From: Candidatus Rokubacteria bacterium 13_2_20CM_69_15_1
GTDB lineage: Bacteria > Methylomirabilota > Methylomirabilia > Rokubacteriales > CSP1-6
Length of the DNA: 64,000 nucleotides
Assembly: GCA_001914535.1 (NCBI GenBank)
Contig: MNCR01000052.1
Span: 3,791 to 67,790 of the forward strand
Reading direction: 5' to 3'
Shown here: piece after piece, positions 1 through 9,603 of the stretch
How positions within the stretch are numbered: the first letter of the stretch is position 1
Layout: each line of letters begins with the position of its first letter
Position numbers and translations under genes: made by a program
Notes under the pieces: generated by a model
The model's input: only the letters and a program-made list of their open reading frames with translations
Told to the model about the DNA's origin: nothing
The model's database searches: none

Positions 1-719
1 ACGCCCGTCAGCGCGCCGAGGAGCGCGGCCGCGTCCGCCACCGTGCGCGCGAGCGGCCCGGCCGTGTCCTGACTCGTCGCGATCGGGACGATCCCGGCCC
101 GCGAGACGAGCCCGAGCGTCGGTTTGATGCCGACGACCGAGTTCGCGTTGGCCGGGCTCAGGATCGAGCCTGAGGTCTCGGTGCCGACGGCCACCGTGCA
201 GAGACCCGCGGCCACCGCGACCGCCGAGCCGCTGCTGGAGCCGCCCGGGCTCGCGCTCGCCGTGTACGGGTTCACGACCTGGCCGCCGCGCGAGCTGTAG
301 CCGGCGGGCATCCCGGTGGTCATGAAGTTGGCCCACTCCGTCATGTTGGCCTTGCCCAGAATCACGGCGCCCGCGGCGCGCAGTCGCGTCACGAGGAACG
401 CGTCGCGCGGCGCGACGACGTCTCGGAGCGCCTGCGATCCGGCGCTCGTGTGGAGGCGGTCGGCGGTGGCGATGTTGTCCTTGAGAAGGACGGGGATCCC
501 GTGGAGTGGACCCCGGGAGCCGGCCGAGGCGCGCTCGCGATCGAGGGCCTCCGCGATCTCGAGCGCCTCGGGGTTCACCTCGAGCACGGCGTTGAGTCGG
601 GGGCCGCTCCGATCGTAGGCCTCGATACGCTCGAGAAAATGGCGGGTCAGCCGCGCCGCGGTCAGCTGGCCATCGGCGAACGCCGCCTGAAGCTCGAGGA
701 TCGTCGCCTCGTGGATCAT
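1..719 (-). CDS. Amidase signature family enzyme (GatA-like amidase); 3' end runs off the window start
   Basis: The reverse-strand translation shows the amidase signature [35 protein letters not shown] on the minus strand at 717-719. No ORF appears in the track because no stop lies inside the window. Confidence 0.75.
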   Translation of the reverse strand, partial: MIHEATILELQAAFADGQLTAARLTRHFLERIEAYDRSGPRLNAVLEVNPEALEIAEALDRERASAGSRGPLHGIPVLLKDNIATADRLHTSAGSQALRDVVAPRDAFLVTRLRAAGAVILGKANMTEWANFMTTGMPAGYSSRGGQVVNPYTASASPGGSSSGSAVAVAAGLCTVAVGTETSGSILSPANANSVVGIKPTLGLVSRAGIVPIATSQDTAGPLARTVADAAALLGALTG

Positions 720-781
720 GGCCGGCTCGCTCATCCGCGCTACTCTGCGGGGGCCGGCGCCCGGGAGTCAACCCGGCTCGA

Positions 782-1243
782 TCAGGCGTTTCCAGCTGCG
801 CGAGGTTCTCGAAGCACCAGCGTGGGCACCGGCGCCTTGCGGGCGACCCGCTCGGCCACGCCGGGCAGGAGGGCGCCGCGCAGACGACCGCGGTTGGACG
901 TCGCGAGCGCAATGAGATCGGCGTCGAAGGCCTCGGCCTCGAGCAGGATCTCCTGGGCGGGCTCGCCGAAGCGGACGACGCTCTCCACGGGGATCCCGTC
1001 GAGCTCGACCTCGAGCCGGCGGAGGTCGTCGAGTCCCTCGGCCGTCAGGCGCGCCATCTCCTGATCGGCATACGCGACCGTCTCTCCACGCGGTCCGATC
1101 ACGCGATGGGGGACCGGGAAGATCCTGAGGAGACGGACGGTCGCTCCGCTGCCGTGGGCGAGGGCGAAGACCACGGGGACGATCGCCGCGCTGCGCTCTC
1201 GAGCGGCAATTGGTGCCAGGACTCGCTTCGCCATAGTCGCCAT
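782..1243 (-). CDS. Universal stress protein (UspA family)
   Basis: 153 aa. Usp-like ATP-binding C-terminus (GSRGRLRGALLPGVAERVARKAPVPTLVL). Confidence 0.75.
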   Translation of the reverse strand: MATMAKRVLAPIAARERSAAIVPVVFALAHGSGATVRLLRIFPVPHRVIGPRGETVAYADQEMARLTAEGLDDLRRLEVELDGIPVESVVRFGEPAQEILLEAEAFDADLIALATSNRGRLRGALLPGVAERVARKAPVPTLVLREPRAAGNA

Positions 1244-1370
1244 CCTCCATTTTTGGGACGCGCGAGCACCATCGGAGGATTCGCGCGGAGAACGCCGGAC
1301 GCGCGAATCCGCTCCCTGCCCACGCGCATCTCAATCCATGAATGGGTGTAATGAGGGAAGGTGAGGAGCG

Positions 1371-1514
1371 ATGCGCGCGTTTTTCTTGATGCTCGTCGTC
1401 ATCATGTTGCTGATTCTGGCTCTCGGGGGCCTCGAGGCGATCGCGTCTCGCAGCCTGCCGGTGGCAAAGCCGCTGCCGAACGCCGCGGTGTCGAACACGT
1501 GGTACTGGAGGTAG
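1371..1514 (+). CDS. Putative 47-aa hydrophobic small membrane protein (below the ORF track cutoff)
   Basis: ATG preceded by GGTGAGGAG. Translates to MRAFFLMLVVIMLLILALGGLEAIASRSLPVAKPLPNAAVSNTWYWR with one TM helix. GC3 in this frame is much higher than in the overlapping 1361 frame. Confidence 0.3.
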   Translation: MRAFFLMLVVIMLLILALGGLEAIASRSLPVAKPLPNAAVSNTWYWR

Positions 1515-1635
1515 CGCCCGGCACTTCGTTGAGCTCCGACGGCCGCTGCGTGCGTTCGTAATATCGGCCGAAGGCTCACGGCGAAACCGCGGTAGAGTCC
1601 TCGTTGACCGGCACGAACGTCTGGGAGGTCACGCG

Positions 1636-3228
1636 ATGACCGGGGCCGAGCTCTTGGTCCATTGTCTGGAGCGCGAGGGCGTGCGGTACGTGTTCGGCGT
1701 ACCCGGCGAGGAGACGCTGGATGTCAACGAGGCGCTCGCCCGGTCGACCATTCGATTCGTTCCGGTCCGACACGAGCAGGCGGCAGCGTTCATGGCGGAC
1801 GTCTGGGGCCGGCTGACGGGTCAGGCCGGCGTGTGCCTGGCCACGCTCGGGCCGGGCGCCACGAACCTCGCCACCGGTCTCGCCGATGCGAACCTCGACC
1901 GTGCGCCGGTCGTGGCGATCACGGGCCAGCTCGCCCGGCACCTGCTCCACAAGGAGTCGCACCAGTACGTCGATATCGTCGACGTGTTCCGGCCGTTCAC
2001 GAAGTGGAACGCCCGCATCGAGACGGGCGCGGTCGTGGCCGAAGCCGTGCGCAAGGCGTTCAAGCGCGCGCAGGAAGAGAAGCCGGGCGCCTGCCACCTC
2101 GAATTGCCCGAGGATGTCGCCCAGGGCGCCGCCGAGGGCGAGCCGCTCCTCGCCGACCGCCCCCGCCGGCCTTCGCCGGACCGACCGTCGCTCGCGCGCG
2201 CGGCCGACATCATCAATCGGGCCGCGCGACCGCTGATTCTCGCGGGGAACGGCGTGATCCGCGGCCGGGCGTCCAGGGAGCTGACGGCGCTCGCCGAGCG
2301 GGCACAGATGCCGGTGGTCACCACCTTCATGGCGAAGGGGGCGATCTCGGCCAATCACCCGCTGGCGCGGACCACCGTCGGGCTCGCGTCGGACGAGCCC
2401 GCCCGCGTCGGCTTCACGAGCGCGGATGTGGTGATCGCGGTTGGCTACGACCCGGTGGAATACGCCGCGGCGAGGTGGAATCCGTCGGGCCAGCTCCAGA
2501 TCGTCCACATCGACTTCACGGCGGCCGAGGTCGACGCGCGGTATCAGCCGGCGGTCGAGGTCGTGGCCGATGTACGCGAGGCCCTCGAGCTCCTCGCCCC
2601 GCTCGTGGCGGCCCGCCCGCAGCGGGTCCCGCCTGGCCACTCGCCCGACGACCCGCGCCGCCTCGACGACGCGTTTCCCCTCCTTCCGCAGCGCATCATC
2701 TGGGACCTCGAGTCGGTCTTGCGACCCGACGATCTCGTCATCTCCGACGTCGGCGCCCACAAGCTCTGGGTGGCGAAGCGCTTCAGAGCCAGCGTCCCGA
2801 ACACGGTGATCATCTCCAACGGGTTCGCGGCCATGGGTATCGGGTTACCGGGCGCGATCGCCGCGAAGCTCGCCGAGCCGGAGCGCCGCGTCGTGGCCGT
2901 CACCGGCGACGGAGGCCTCATGATGAACGTCCAGGAGCTCGAGACGGCGGTTCGCCTGGGGCTCCACGTCGTGGTGCTGATCTTCCGCGACGACGGGTAC
3001 GGCGTGATCCGCTGGAAGCAACAACGGCAGTTCGGGCGAGCGGCGGGCGTCGACTTCAGCAACCCGGACTTCGTCGCCCTCGCGCATGCGTTCGGCTGCG
3101 AGGGCGTGCGGGTCAACGCGGCCAAAGAGCTCAGGCCGGCCCTCGAGCGCGCGCTCCAGGCGGCCGGTCCCGTGCTGATCGACGCTCCGGTGGATTACCG
3201 CGAGAACGACCGCCTCGCCGAGTACTGA
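1636..3228 (+). CDS. Thiamine-pyrophosphate enzyme, acetolactate synthase large-subunit-like
   Basis: 530 aa. TPP N-terminal domain (GVPGEETLDVNEAL), TPP-binding GDGG motif (VTGDGGLMMNVQELETA). Confidence 0.85.
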   Translation: MTGAELLVHCLEREGVRYVFGVPGEETLDVNEALARSTIRFVPVRHEQAAAFMADVWGRLTGQAGVCLATLGPGATNLATGLADANLDRAPVVAITGQLARHLLHKESHQYVDIVDVFRPFTKWNARIETGAVVAEAVRKAFKRAQEEKPGACHLELPEDVAQGAAEGEPLLADRPRRPSPDRPSLARAADIINRAARPLILAGNGVIRGRASRELTALAERAQMPVVTTFMAKGAISANHPLARTTVGLASDEPARVGFTSADVVIAVGYDPVEYAAARWNPSGQLQIVHIDFTAAEVDARYQPAVEVVADVREALELLAPLVAARPQRVPPGHSPDDPRRLDDAFPLLPQRIIWDLESVLRPDDLVISDVGAHKLWVAKRFRASVPNTVIISNGFAAMGIGLPGAIAAKLAEPERRVVAVTGDGGLMMNVQELETAVRLGLHVVVLIFRDDGYGVIRWKQQRQFGRAAGVDFSNPDFVALAHAFGCEGVRVNAAKELRPALERALQAAGPVLIDAPVDYRENDRLAEY

Positions 3229-3320
3229 GCGAGCCGCCCACCTCGCGGATTGCCCTGCCCGCCGTTCTGGGTTACAAGGTTCGTGAGCAGGCCACGATCG
3301 CGCCGAGAGGGGGACCCTCT

Positions 3321-4100
3321 ATGAACGCCACGGCTCACGACATCCCGTCGCTGCGGGACAAGGTCTCGCCCGAGGAGTGGGCGGTGCGGGTGGATCTCGC
3401 CGCCTGTTATCGGCTCGTGGCGCACTACGGCTGGGAGGATCTGGTCTTCACGCACATCACGGCCCGGGTGCCGTCCACCGAGGATCAGTTCCTCATCAAC
3501 CCGTACGGCATGTTCTTCGACGAGATCACGGCGTCGAGCCTGGTCAAGATCGACGTTCACGGCAACACGCTTCAGGACTCGCCGTATCCGGTCAATCCGG
3601 CCGGCTTCGTGATCCACAGCGCCATCCACGCCGCACGGCACGATGCCAAGTGCGTCCTCCACACCCACACCCTGAACGGCGTGGCCGTCTCGGCACAGCG
3701 GGCGGGCTTGCTCCCGATCTCGCAGCATTCGATCTCCGTGCTGGCGAGCCTGGGCTACCACGACTTCGAGGGTCCGGCGTTGCGAGACGACGAGAAGCCG
3801 CGGCTCGTCGCGGACCTCGGCGACAGGACCTCCCTGATCCTCAGAAACCACGGACTGTTGACGGTGGGTGAGACCGTCGCCGACGCGTTCGTCGCGATGT
3901 ACTATCTCGAGACGTCCTGCGCGATCCAGGTGCGTGCGCAATCGGGCGGAGGCGAGTTGATTCCGGTTCCCAAGGACATCATCGAGACCACCTACGCGCA
4001 GGTCATGACGGCAGGGCGGTCCCGCGGGAGCCGTTCCATGCTGGTGTGGCCCGGGCTCCTCCGGCGCCTCGATCGCCGCGATCCGTCGTACCGGACCTGA
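3321..4100 (+). CDS. Class II aldolase/adducin family protein
   Basis: ATG at 3321 after a GAGAGGGGGA RBS, in frame with the long shadow ORF 1662..4100. Class II aldolase fold motifs (FTHITARVP, VLHTHT). Confidence 0.8.
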   Translation: MNATAHDIPSLRDKVSPEEWAVRVDLAACYRLVAHYGWEDLVFTHITARVPSTEDQFLINPYGMFFDEITASSLVKIDVHGNTLQDSPYPVNPAGFVIHSAIHAARHDAKCVLHTHTLNGVAVSAQRAGLLPISQHSISVLASLGYHDFEGPALRDDEKPRLVADLGDRTSLILRNHGLLTVGETVADAFVAMYYLETSCAIQVRAQSGGGELIPVPKDIIETTYAQVMTAGRSRGSRSMLVWPGLLRRLDRRDPSYRT

Positions 4101-4102
4101 GG

Positions 4103-5809
4103 TCACGCCCTCCGCGCGAGGGGGCCGCGCAGCAGCTGCCCCGGGAGCGCCCCGCTCGGCTTGCCGTCGCGCAGCACGATCTCGCCGTTCACGACGGTCG
4201 CGGAGATCCCCCGCGCCCGCTGCACGAGGCGGCGGGCTCCCGCCGGGAGATCGTGGGCCACCTCCGGCATCTCCGGCGCGATCGTCTCAGGGTCGAAGAC
4301 GAGGAGATCGGCCCGGAGCCCCTCCCGGATGAGGCCGCGATCCGCAAAGCCCCAGTGCGTCGCCGGCTCGAAGCTCAGCATGCGGACCGCCTGCTCGAGC
4401 GTGAGCGCCTGCTTCGCGCGCACCCAGTGGCTGAGCAAGTGGGTCTGGAGCGAGGCGTCCATGATCTGCGAGACGTGCGCGCCGGAGTCCGAGAAGGTCA
4501 CGACCGTGCGCGGATGCTTGATCAGCTCGAGCGCGTGTGCCTGGTTCTCGTTGGCGATGGGTTGGAGGAAGAACCGCTCGAGGTCGGTCTCGAGAGCGAG
4601 GGCGATCATCGCCTCGACGGGATCCAGGCCGCGCTCGCGCGCGACGTCCGCCACCGAGCGGTGCGGCCCCTCGACGGTGTCGAAGACGAAGATCCACTCG
4701 TAGGCGGCGGGCCGCGGCTCCGCGCCGATAGCGCGCCGCTCGTCGCGCTGGTGCGCGGCCTCGACCAGGCGCCGGCGCAGATCGGGATCGCGCAGGCGGC
4801 GCTTCTGCTCGTCGAGCGGCAGCGCTCTCAGGTCTTTCCAGACTGGCAGCCGGTCGAACGGCAGATTGGTCTTGAACGAGAGCACCACGGCGAGCGCACG
4901 GCTGTGCACCTGGGCGAACATACGGCCGCCCGCGGCGGCCGTCTCCTCGAGCAGGTCGAGGTAGGTCCGCCAGACCTCGGGGTCGTCCCGCCTGCTGAAC
5001 AGGCCCCAGGTCACGGGGCGTCCGCTCTCCACGGCCAGGTCGCGCAACCGCACGTGGTACGCGCGCAGGCCCTCGGGATCGCCGCCGAACCGCTCGCCGG
5101 CGAGCTCGAAGAGCCCCGCATTCATCTCGCCCATGGCGCCGACCAGCCGCCGCACCTCCTCCCAGGTGGCGAGACGGCTCGCGACGGGGCGGCGGTCGGG
5201 GGTCTCGTGGCTCGGCGAGCGCGAGGTCGTGAAGCCGATGGCGCCGGCACGGATCGCGTCGCGGAGCTCGCGCTCCATCGCCCGGAGGTCGTCCTCGGTG
5301 GCGGCTGTCTCGAACGCGCGCTCGCCCATGACGTAGGTGCGCAGGGCGGAGTGGCCGACGTAGCACGCGTAGTTGATGCCCTTGGGCAGGGCGTCGACCC
5401 GATCGAGAAACTCCGGGAACGTGGTCCACGTCCACTCGATGCCCGCGTCCATCGCCTCGGCCGCGATGTCCTCGGCGCGTTCGAGATTGCGCACGACCAG
5501 GTGCCGTTCGGACTTTCCACAGGGCGCGAGCGTGAAGCCGCAGTTGCCCATCACGACGGTGGTGACGCCGTGCCAGCACGAGCAGGTGCCGAGCGGATCC
5601 CAAAAGATCTGCGCGTCCATGTGCGTGTGCCCGTCGACGAAACCGGGCGTCACCGCCTGGCCGTCCGCGTCGATCACCTCGCGCGCGCGCTCGCGGATGC
5701 GGCCGATCGCCGCGATGCGGCCGTGCCGCACGCCGATGTCGGCGGGGAATCGCGGCAAGCCTGACCCGTCGATCACCATGCCGTTCCGGATCACCAGGTC
5801 ATACGGCAT
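4103..5809 (-). CDS. N-acyl-D-amino-acid deacylase (D-aminoacylase) family amidohydrolase
   Basis: 568 aa. N-terminus MPYDLVIRNGMVIDGSG...GFVDGHTHMD is typical of D-aminoacylases. Confidence 0.85.
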   Translation of the reverse strand: MPYDLVIRNGMVIDGSGLPRFPADIGVRHGRIAAIGRIRERAREVIDADGQAVTPGFVDGHTHMDAQIFWDPLGTCSCWHGVTTVVMGNCGFTLAPCGKSERHLVVRNLERAEDIAAEAMDAGIEWTWTTFPEFLDRVDALPKGINYACYVGHSALRTYVMGERAFETAATEDDLRAMERELRDAIRAGAIGFTTSRSPSHETPDRRPVASRLATWEEVRRLVGAMGEMNAGLFELAGERFGGDPEGLRAYHVRLRDLAVESGRPVTWGLFSRRDDPEVWRTYLDLLEETAAAGGRMFAQVHSRALAVVLSFKTNLPFDRLPVWKDLRALPLDEQKRRLRDPDLRRRLVEAAHQRDERRAIGAEPRPAAYEWIFVFDTVEGPHRSVADVARERGLDPVEAMIALALETDLERFFLQPIANENQAHALELIKHPRTVVTFSDSGAHVSQIMDASLQTHLLSHWVRAKQALTLEQAVRMLSFEPATHWGFADRGLIREGLRADLLVFDPETIAPEMPEVAHDLPAGARRLVQRARGISATVVNGEIVLRDGKPSGALPGQLLRGPLARRA

Positions 5810-5951
5810 CGTCCGCTCCTCCTTGCCGGCCTCGAGACGGCCCGCGCGTCGAAGTGGCCGTATCGTACTCCACTTCGAGACGTGCTCGCCAGGGCCGAGG
5901 CTCCGGAGGAGCGCTCACTCCTCGGAGCCTCGGCCTCGTGTGAGGGCCGAC

Positions 5952-6332
5952 TTACGACGCGGGCGGAGGTGGCGGCGGGGGAGGAAGTGGGTGCGCGTTG
6001 GGAATCCAGACCCACTGATAGGGGGTGTAGATGCCGTCGCCGCGGAGCTCGTACCGCCCGGTCGAGTACTGGACGACGGTGGGGTAAGCCGGCGAGGGCT
6101 GAACCACGACCACCTGAGACGGCGGCGCGTACACCTGGTGGTACACGGGTCGCTCCACGACGACCTCACGAACCGGTGGCCGCCGATGGAATAGAGGTCC
6201 GACGAGCTGGTTGAACACCGCGAAGGAAGCCAGCCCGAGGGCGACATTCGTGCCCGTGCCGGCATAGGCGGCCGGGGTTGCCGCGCCGACCATCAAGGCG
6301 AGTGCCACAACGAGAGCGATGACCTGACGCAT
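5952..6332 (-). CDS. Small secreted proline-rich hypothetical protein
   Basis: Signal peptide (MRQVIALVVALALMVGAATPAAYA), C-terminal poly-Pro tract. Confidence 0.45.
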   Translation of the reverse strand: MRQVIALVVALALMVGAATPAAYAGTGTNVALGLASFAVFNQLVGPLFHRRPPVREVVVERPVYHQVYAPPSQVVVVQPSPAYPTVVQYSTGRYELRGDGIYTPYQWVWIPNAHPLPPPPPPPPAS

Positions 6333-6579
6333 GGTTGATCCCCTCCCTTCTCTGTCCGGTGAGACGCGGGTGGCATCGCCTCCGTGTACGTCGGCGTCGA
6401 AAAAAGGGCCCCTGGCCGAGGGCCGCCGTCACGGGAGCGCGCGTGTCAACGGGAACGCCGGTGGTCTCGTCTCAACGGCTGGAGGCAACGCATGAGCCTT
6501 GGGAGACAGACGCCGGCGGGGCCGGCGACGTGGCTGAATTTCGTCCGGGCCTTGTCCGTCCAAGCGTAGCGAGGGAGAG

Positions 6580-6954
6580 ATGAGAAAGTCAGCGGCGGTT
6601 CCGCTCCTGGCGATCGCGCTCCTTCTCGTTCCCGCAGTCCCGAGCCTTGCATGGCACGGGCATCGTCCCGGCATCCGGACCCGCGTCTTCGTCGGCGTCG
6701 GGCCCGCGTTCTGGTGGGGCGCGCCGTATCCCTACTGGCCGTATCCCTACTGGTGGTATGACCCGCCGTACTACGGCTACGCTCCGCCACCGGTCGTCGT
6801 CGAGCCCCCGCCGGTGTACGTGCAGCCGGAGCCGGCGCCGGCTCCGCCGCCGCCGCAAACGTACTGGTACTACTGCCCCAGCGCTAACGCCTACTATCCC
6901 AACGTAGCCACGTGTCCTGAGGCATGGGTCAAAGTCCCGCCGAGGCCTCAGTAG
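6580..6954 (+). CDS. Small secreted Tyr/Trp/Pro-rich hypothetical protein
   Basis: Signal peptide. YPYWPYPYWWY and PPP tracts. C-terminal YWYYCPSANAYYPNVATCPEAW with two Cys. Confidence 0.45.
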   Translation: MRKSAAVPLLAIALLLVPAVPSLAWHGHRPGIRTRVFVGVGPAFWWGAPYPYWPYPYWWYDPPYYGYAPPPVVVEPPPVYVQPEPAPAPPPPQTYWYYCPSANAYYPNVATCPEAWVKVPPRPQ

Positions 6955-6972
6955 AGAGGAGTCGGTCCACCC

Positions 6973-7524
6973 ATGATGCAGAAGTCGTCCGTCCTTCCTG
7001 TCGCCGCCGGGCTAATCATGGCCGCATGCGCGACGATTCCCACCGGGCCGAGCGTAATGGTGCTTCCAGGCAGCGGGAAGCCCTTCGAGCAGTTCCAGGC
7101 AGATGACGCGGTCTGCCGCCAGTGGGCGGCGCAACAGACGGGGACGACGACGGAGCGGGCGTCGACCCGGAGCTCCGTGAGCGGAGCGGCCATCGGGACG
7201 GTGCTCGGAGCGGCTGCCGGGGCAGCGGTGGGCGCCGCCGCCGGGAGTCCAGCGACCGGGGCGGCGGTGGGTGCGGGCGCCGGTTTGCTCGGTGGGACCG
7301 CAGTCGGCGCGAGCAACGCCTGGGGCGCGGAGGCATCGGTGCAGCACCGGTACGACATGACCTACATGCAGTGCATGTACGCCAAGGGCAACCAGATCCC
7401 GGTCAGAGGCTCCCTGCCGACGTACACGCGGCAGCCGGCCGCGACAGCACCGGCTCCGGTTCGCGTTCCACCTCCACCGCCGCCCGGACCTCCGCCGCCC
7501 CCGCCGCCCGGGCTTTCGCGGTAG
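6973..7524 (+). CDS. Glycine-zipper lipoprotein-like protein with proline-rich tail
   Basis: Lipobox-like LIMAAC. Gly-zipper GAAIGTVLGAAAGAAVGAAAG. Conserved C-terminus YMQCMYAKGNQIP. Poly-Pro tail. Confidence 0.5.
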   Translation: MMQKSSVLPVAAGLIMAACATIPTGPSVMVLPGSGKPFEQFQADDAVCRQWAAQQTGTTTERASTRSSVSGAAIGTVLGAAAGAAVGAAAGSPATGAAVGAGAGLLGGTAVGASNAWGAEASVQHRYDMTYMQCMYAKGNQIPVRGSLPTYTRQPAATAPAPVRVPPPPPPGPPPPPPPGLSR

Positions 7525-7566
7525 CGCGCTCATCGAGCAGAGCGGGAAGGCGATGACCCGAGGGAT

Positions 7567-8154
7567 GTGTCAACCAGGAGGCGCCGGATTCGTCAATCAA
7601 GGCGGCTGGACGTGCTGATCGGTGACGCTCCGACCATCGCGGCTCGCTCGCCGACCTATGAGGAGCTCTTCGAGAGGCACGCGGGGCGTCTCCACCGTCT
7701 GTGCGGGCTGCTGCTCGCCGACCGCGACGAGAGCCGAGAGGTCGTGCAGGACGTGTTTCTCAAGCTTCATCAGGCACGTCGTCAGCCCGGTCCGCCGTGC
7801 GACTGGGCCGCGTGGCTGACGCGGGTGGCCGTCAACGCGTGTCGGGATCGCCGGCGCGCGGGTTGGTGGTGGCGGTTTCGGCGACAGAGCGATCGCGTGG
7901 AAGACGTCACGCTCACGAGCAAAGAGCCCACGCCCGAGGAGGCAGCTATCAGCAAAGAGACGTGGCACCGGATCTGGGCGGCCTTTCGCGGCCTGTCCGA
8001 TCGTCAGCGTGACGTTTTCGTCCTGCGACATCTCGAGGGCTGGCCGACCGACGCCGTGGCCAGCACGCTCGGCCTGACTCCGGGAAGCGTCAAGCGCCAT
8101 CTCTTCCGCGCCATCCGGCACCTTCGCACCGCGGCTGTCGGCGACTCGGCATGA
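7567..8154 (+). CDS. ECF-type RNA polymerase sigma-70 factor
   Basis: Region 2 (EELFERHAGRLHRLC...VQDVFLKLH) and region 4 (RQRDVFVLRHLEGWPTDAVASTLGLTPGSVKRHLFRA). Confidence 0.85.
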   Translation: MSTRRRRIRQSRRLDVLIGDAPTIAARSPTYEELFERHAGRLHRLCGLLLADRDESREVVQDVFLKLHQARRQPGPPCDWAAWLTRVAVNACRDRRRAGWWWRFRRQSDRVEDVTLTSKEPTPEEAAISKETWHRIWAAFRGLSDRQRDVFVLRHLEGWPTDAVASTLGLTPGSVKRHLFRAIRHLRTAAVGDSA

Positions 8155-8687
8155 GCCGGTGTCTGTCCGACGCGGCGCTGATTTCACTGCTGGCCGGCGA
8201 CGGCACCGCCGACGAACGCGCTCACATGACGGCGTGTGCCGCCTGCGGCGACCGCCACCGTCGTGTGGGCTCGGAGCTCACGACCGTGAGGCACGTTCTG
8301 CTCGCGACCGACCCGCCCCGGACGCGCGTGGTGGCCCGGACGCGGTCTTGGGCGATCGCCGCCGTCGCGGCCTCGCTCGTCGTCACGCTGGCCGTCTGGG
8401 GTCACGTCGCCATCCGAGGTCCGGACGCGCCGGGTCCGGCGGCGCGGCAACGTGCGGACCATGAGGCGTCCGTGCTCCTGACGGAATTCTCGCTGCCGAT
8501 GTTTTCGACCGACGGGCGCCTGGCCGCGTCCGTCCCGGATGTTGGGGTCCTAAGTCTCTCCGCCGACGCTCTCGACCGCGTCGCGGACTGCGAGTGGCCA
8601 GACTGGGCGGCGACGGCGGGATGCGATGAGACCGCGCACGTGGCCCGACTCCTCGATCTGTTCGAGGCGCCGGACACCGAGCTCTAA
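8151..8687 (+). CDS. Anti-sigma factor (zf-HC2 type, single TM)
   Basis: ATGA overlap with the sigma factor stop. HMTACAACGDRH matches the Hx3Cx2C zinc motif. One TM helix (AIAAVAASLVVTLAVWG). Confidence 0.65.
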   Translation: MSRCLSDAALISLLAGDGTADERAHMTACAACGDRHRRVGSELTTVRHVLLATDPPRTRVVARTRSWAIAAVAASLVVTLAVWGHVAIRGPDAPGPAARQRADHEASVLLTEFSLPMFSTDGRLAASVPDVGVLSLSADALDRVADCEWPDWAATAGCDETAHVARLLDLFEAPDTEL

Positions 8688-8708
8688 CCGAGACAGACAG
8701 GAGGAACC

Positions 8709-9212
8709 GTGATGTCGAGACCGCAGATCCACTCGATCGGATTCGTGATGGTGATCGCCCTCGTCGTGGTCCTCGGCGCGTGGACGCCCACGCGCGCCCA
8801 GTCCGGGATGCACCGCCACGGCCCCGGAGGCGGCGCGGGCGACGCGGGGATGATGCTGCCGCTCCTGGTCCGGAGCGCGGGCCTGTCACCCGAGCAGGAC
8901 GCGAAGGTCCGGGAGATTCTGGCCGCGCGTCGCGCGGCGTCGCGCGCCCTGGCCGGAGACCTGCGCCAGGCGCAGCGGGACCTCAGCGACAAGCTGCTCG
9001 CGCCCGGCCCCTTGAAGGACACGGATCTGCAGCCCCAGCTCCAGAGGATCGCGCAGCTCCGCGAGCAGCGTCTTCAGGAGAGCGCGAAGGTCATGCTCGA
9101 GGTCCGGGCGCTCTTGACGCCCGAACAGCTGGCGCGGGTCGCGCAGGTCAAGGATCGCCTCCGACAGCTCCGGGCCGAAATGCGGCAGCTCTTCGAGCCG
9201 GCGACCCCGTGA
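8709..9212 (+). CDS. Periplasmic Spy/CpxP-family (LTXXQ-motif) protein
   Basis: Signal peptide. LSPEQ and LTPEQ motifs. Helical, charged. Confidence 0.6.
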   Translation: MMSRPQIHSIGFVMVIALVVVLGAWTPTRAQSGMHRHGPGGGAGDAGMMLPLLVRSAGLSPEQDAKVREILAARRAASRALAGDLRQAQRDLSDKLLAPGPLKDTDLQPQLQRIAQLREQRLQESAKVMLEVRALLTPEQLARVAQVKDRLRQLRAEMRQLFEPATP

Positions 9213-9225
9213 CCGGCCACGACCG

Positions 9226-9254
9226 TATTGACCTGATGGGGTGGCGACTGTAGT
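9226..9254 (+). promoter_or_regulatory. Candidate sigma-70-type promoter upstream of the ACP gene
   Basis: TTGACC, 17-bp spacer, TAGTGT, about 40 bp upstream of the ACP ATG. Confidence 0.25.
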
Positions 9255-9295
9255 GTTGAACTCGACATGTCGGTGCGGAGAAAGCGCCACCGCGC

Positions 9296-9577
9296 GTGAC
9301 GATGCCCACCGCGCGCGTCCGCCGAATCGAGCCCGAAGAGGTCGCCGCCGTCCTGACCGCGTTCATCAACACCAGCATCATGGCCCGCGGCCATCCGCTT
9401 CAGCCTGACGACGATCTCGAGCTCGCCGGTCTCGACTCCATGGCTTTGCTGAAGGTCCTGCTTTTCATCGAGGCCGAATTCGGGTTCTGGATCCCCGACG
9501 AGGACCTCGTCCAAGAGACCGTCCGCTCCCCCCGCACGCTGGCGCTCTACATCTGTCGACGTAGGCGCCAGGCCTAG
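9296..9577 (+). CDS. Acyl carrier protein (stand-alone)
   Basis: 93 aa. Phosphopantetheine attachment motif LAGLDSMALLKVLLFIEAEFG (the DSM variant of DSL). Confidence 0.7.
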   Translation: MTMPTARVRRIEPEEVAAVLTAFINTSIMARGHPLQPDDDLELAGLDSMALLKVLLFIEAEFGFWIPDEDLVQETVRSPRTLALYICRRRRQA

Positions 9578-9603
9578 CGATCCGGCTGGGCCGTACCCGC
9601 GCG

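Noticed and set aside
1662-4100. 812-aa ORF spanning the TPP enzyme and aldolase genes in another frame, and similar long ORFs (4046..5764, 9609..12158 upstream part, 17622..19868, 33302..35077, 40180..42189, 46538..48286, 50167..51555)
   Set aside because: Arg/Ala/Pro/Gly-rich low-complexity translations. They arise from stop-codon depletion in 70% GC DNA and overlap or lie antisense to well-supported genes.
6383-6415. Hairpin GGCCC-ctggccga-GGGCC flanked by A6 (a T-tract on the minus strand), resembling an intrinsic terminator
   Set aside because: No minus-strand gene ends upstream of it; it lies between a minus-strand gene start and a plus-strand gene start. It may be an attenuator or just a GC palindrome. 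The evidence is insufficient.
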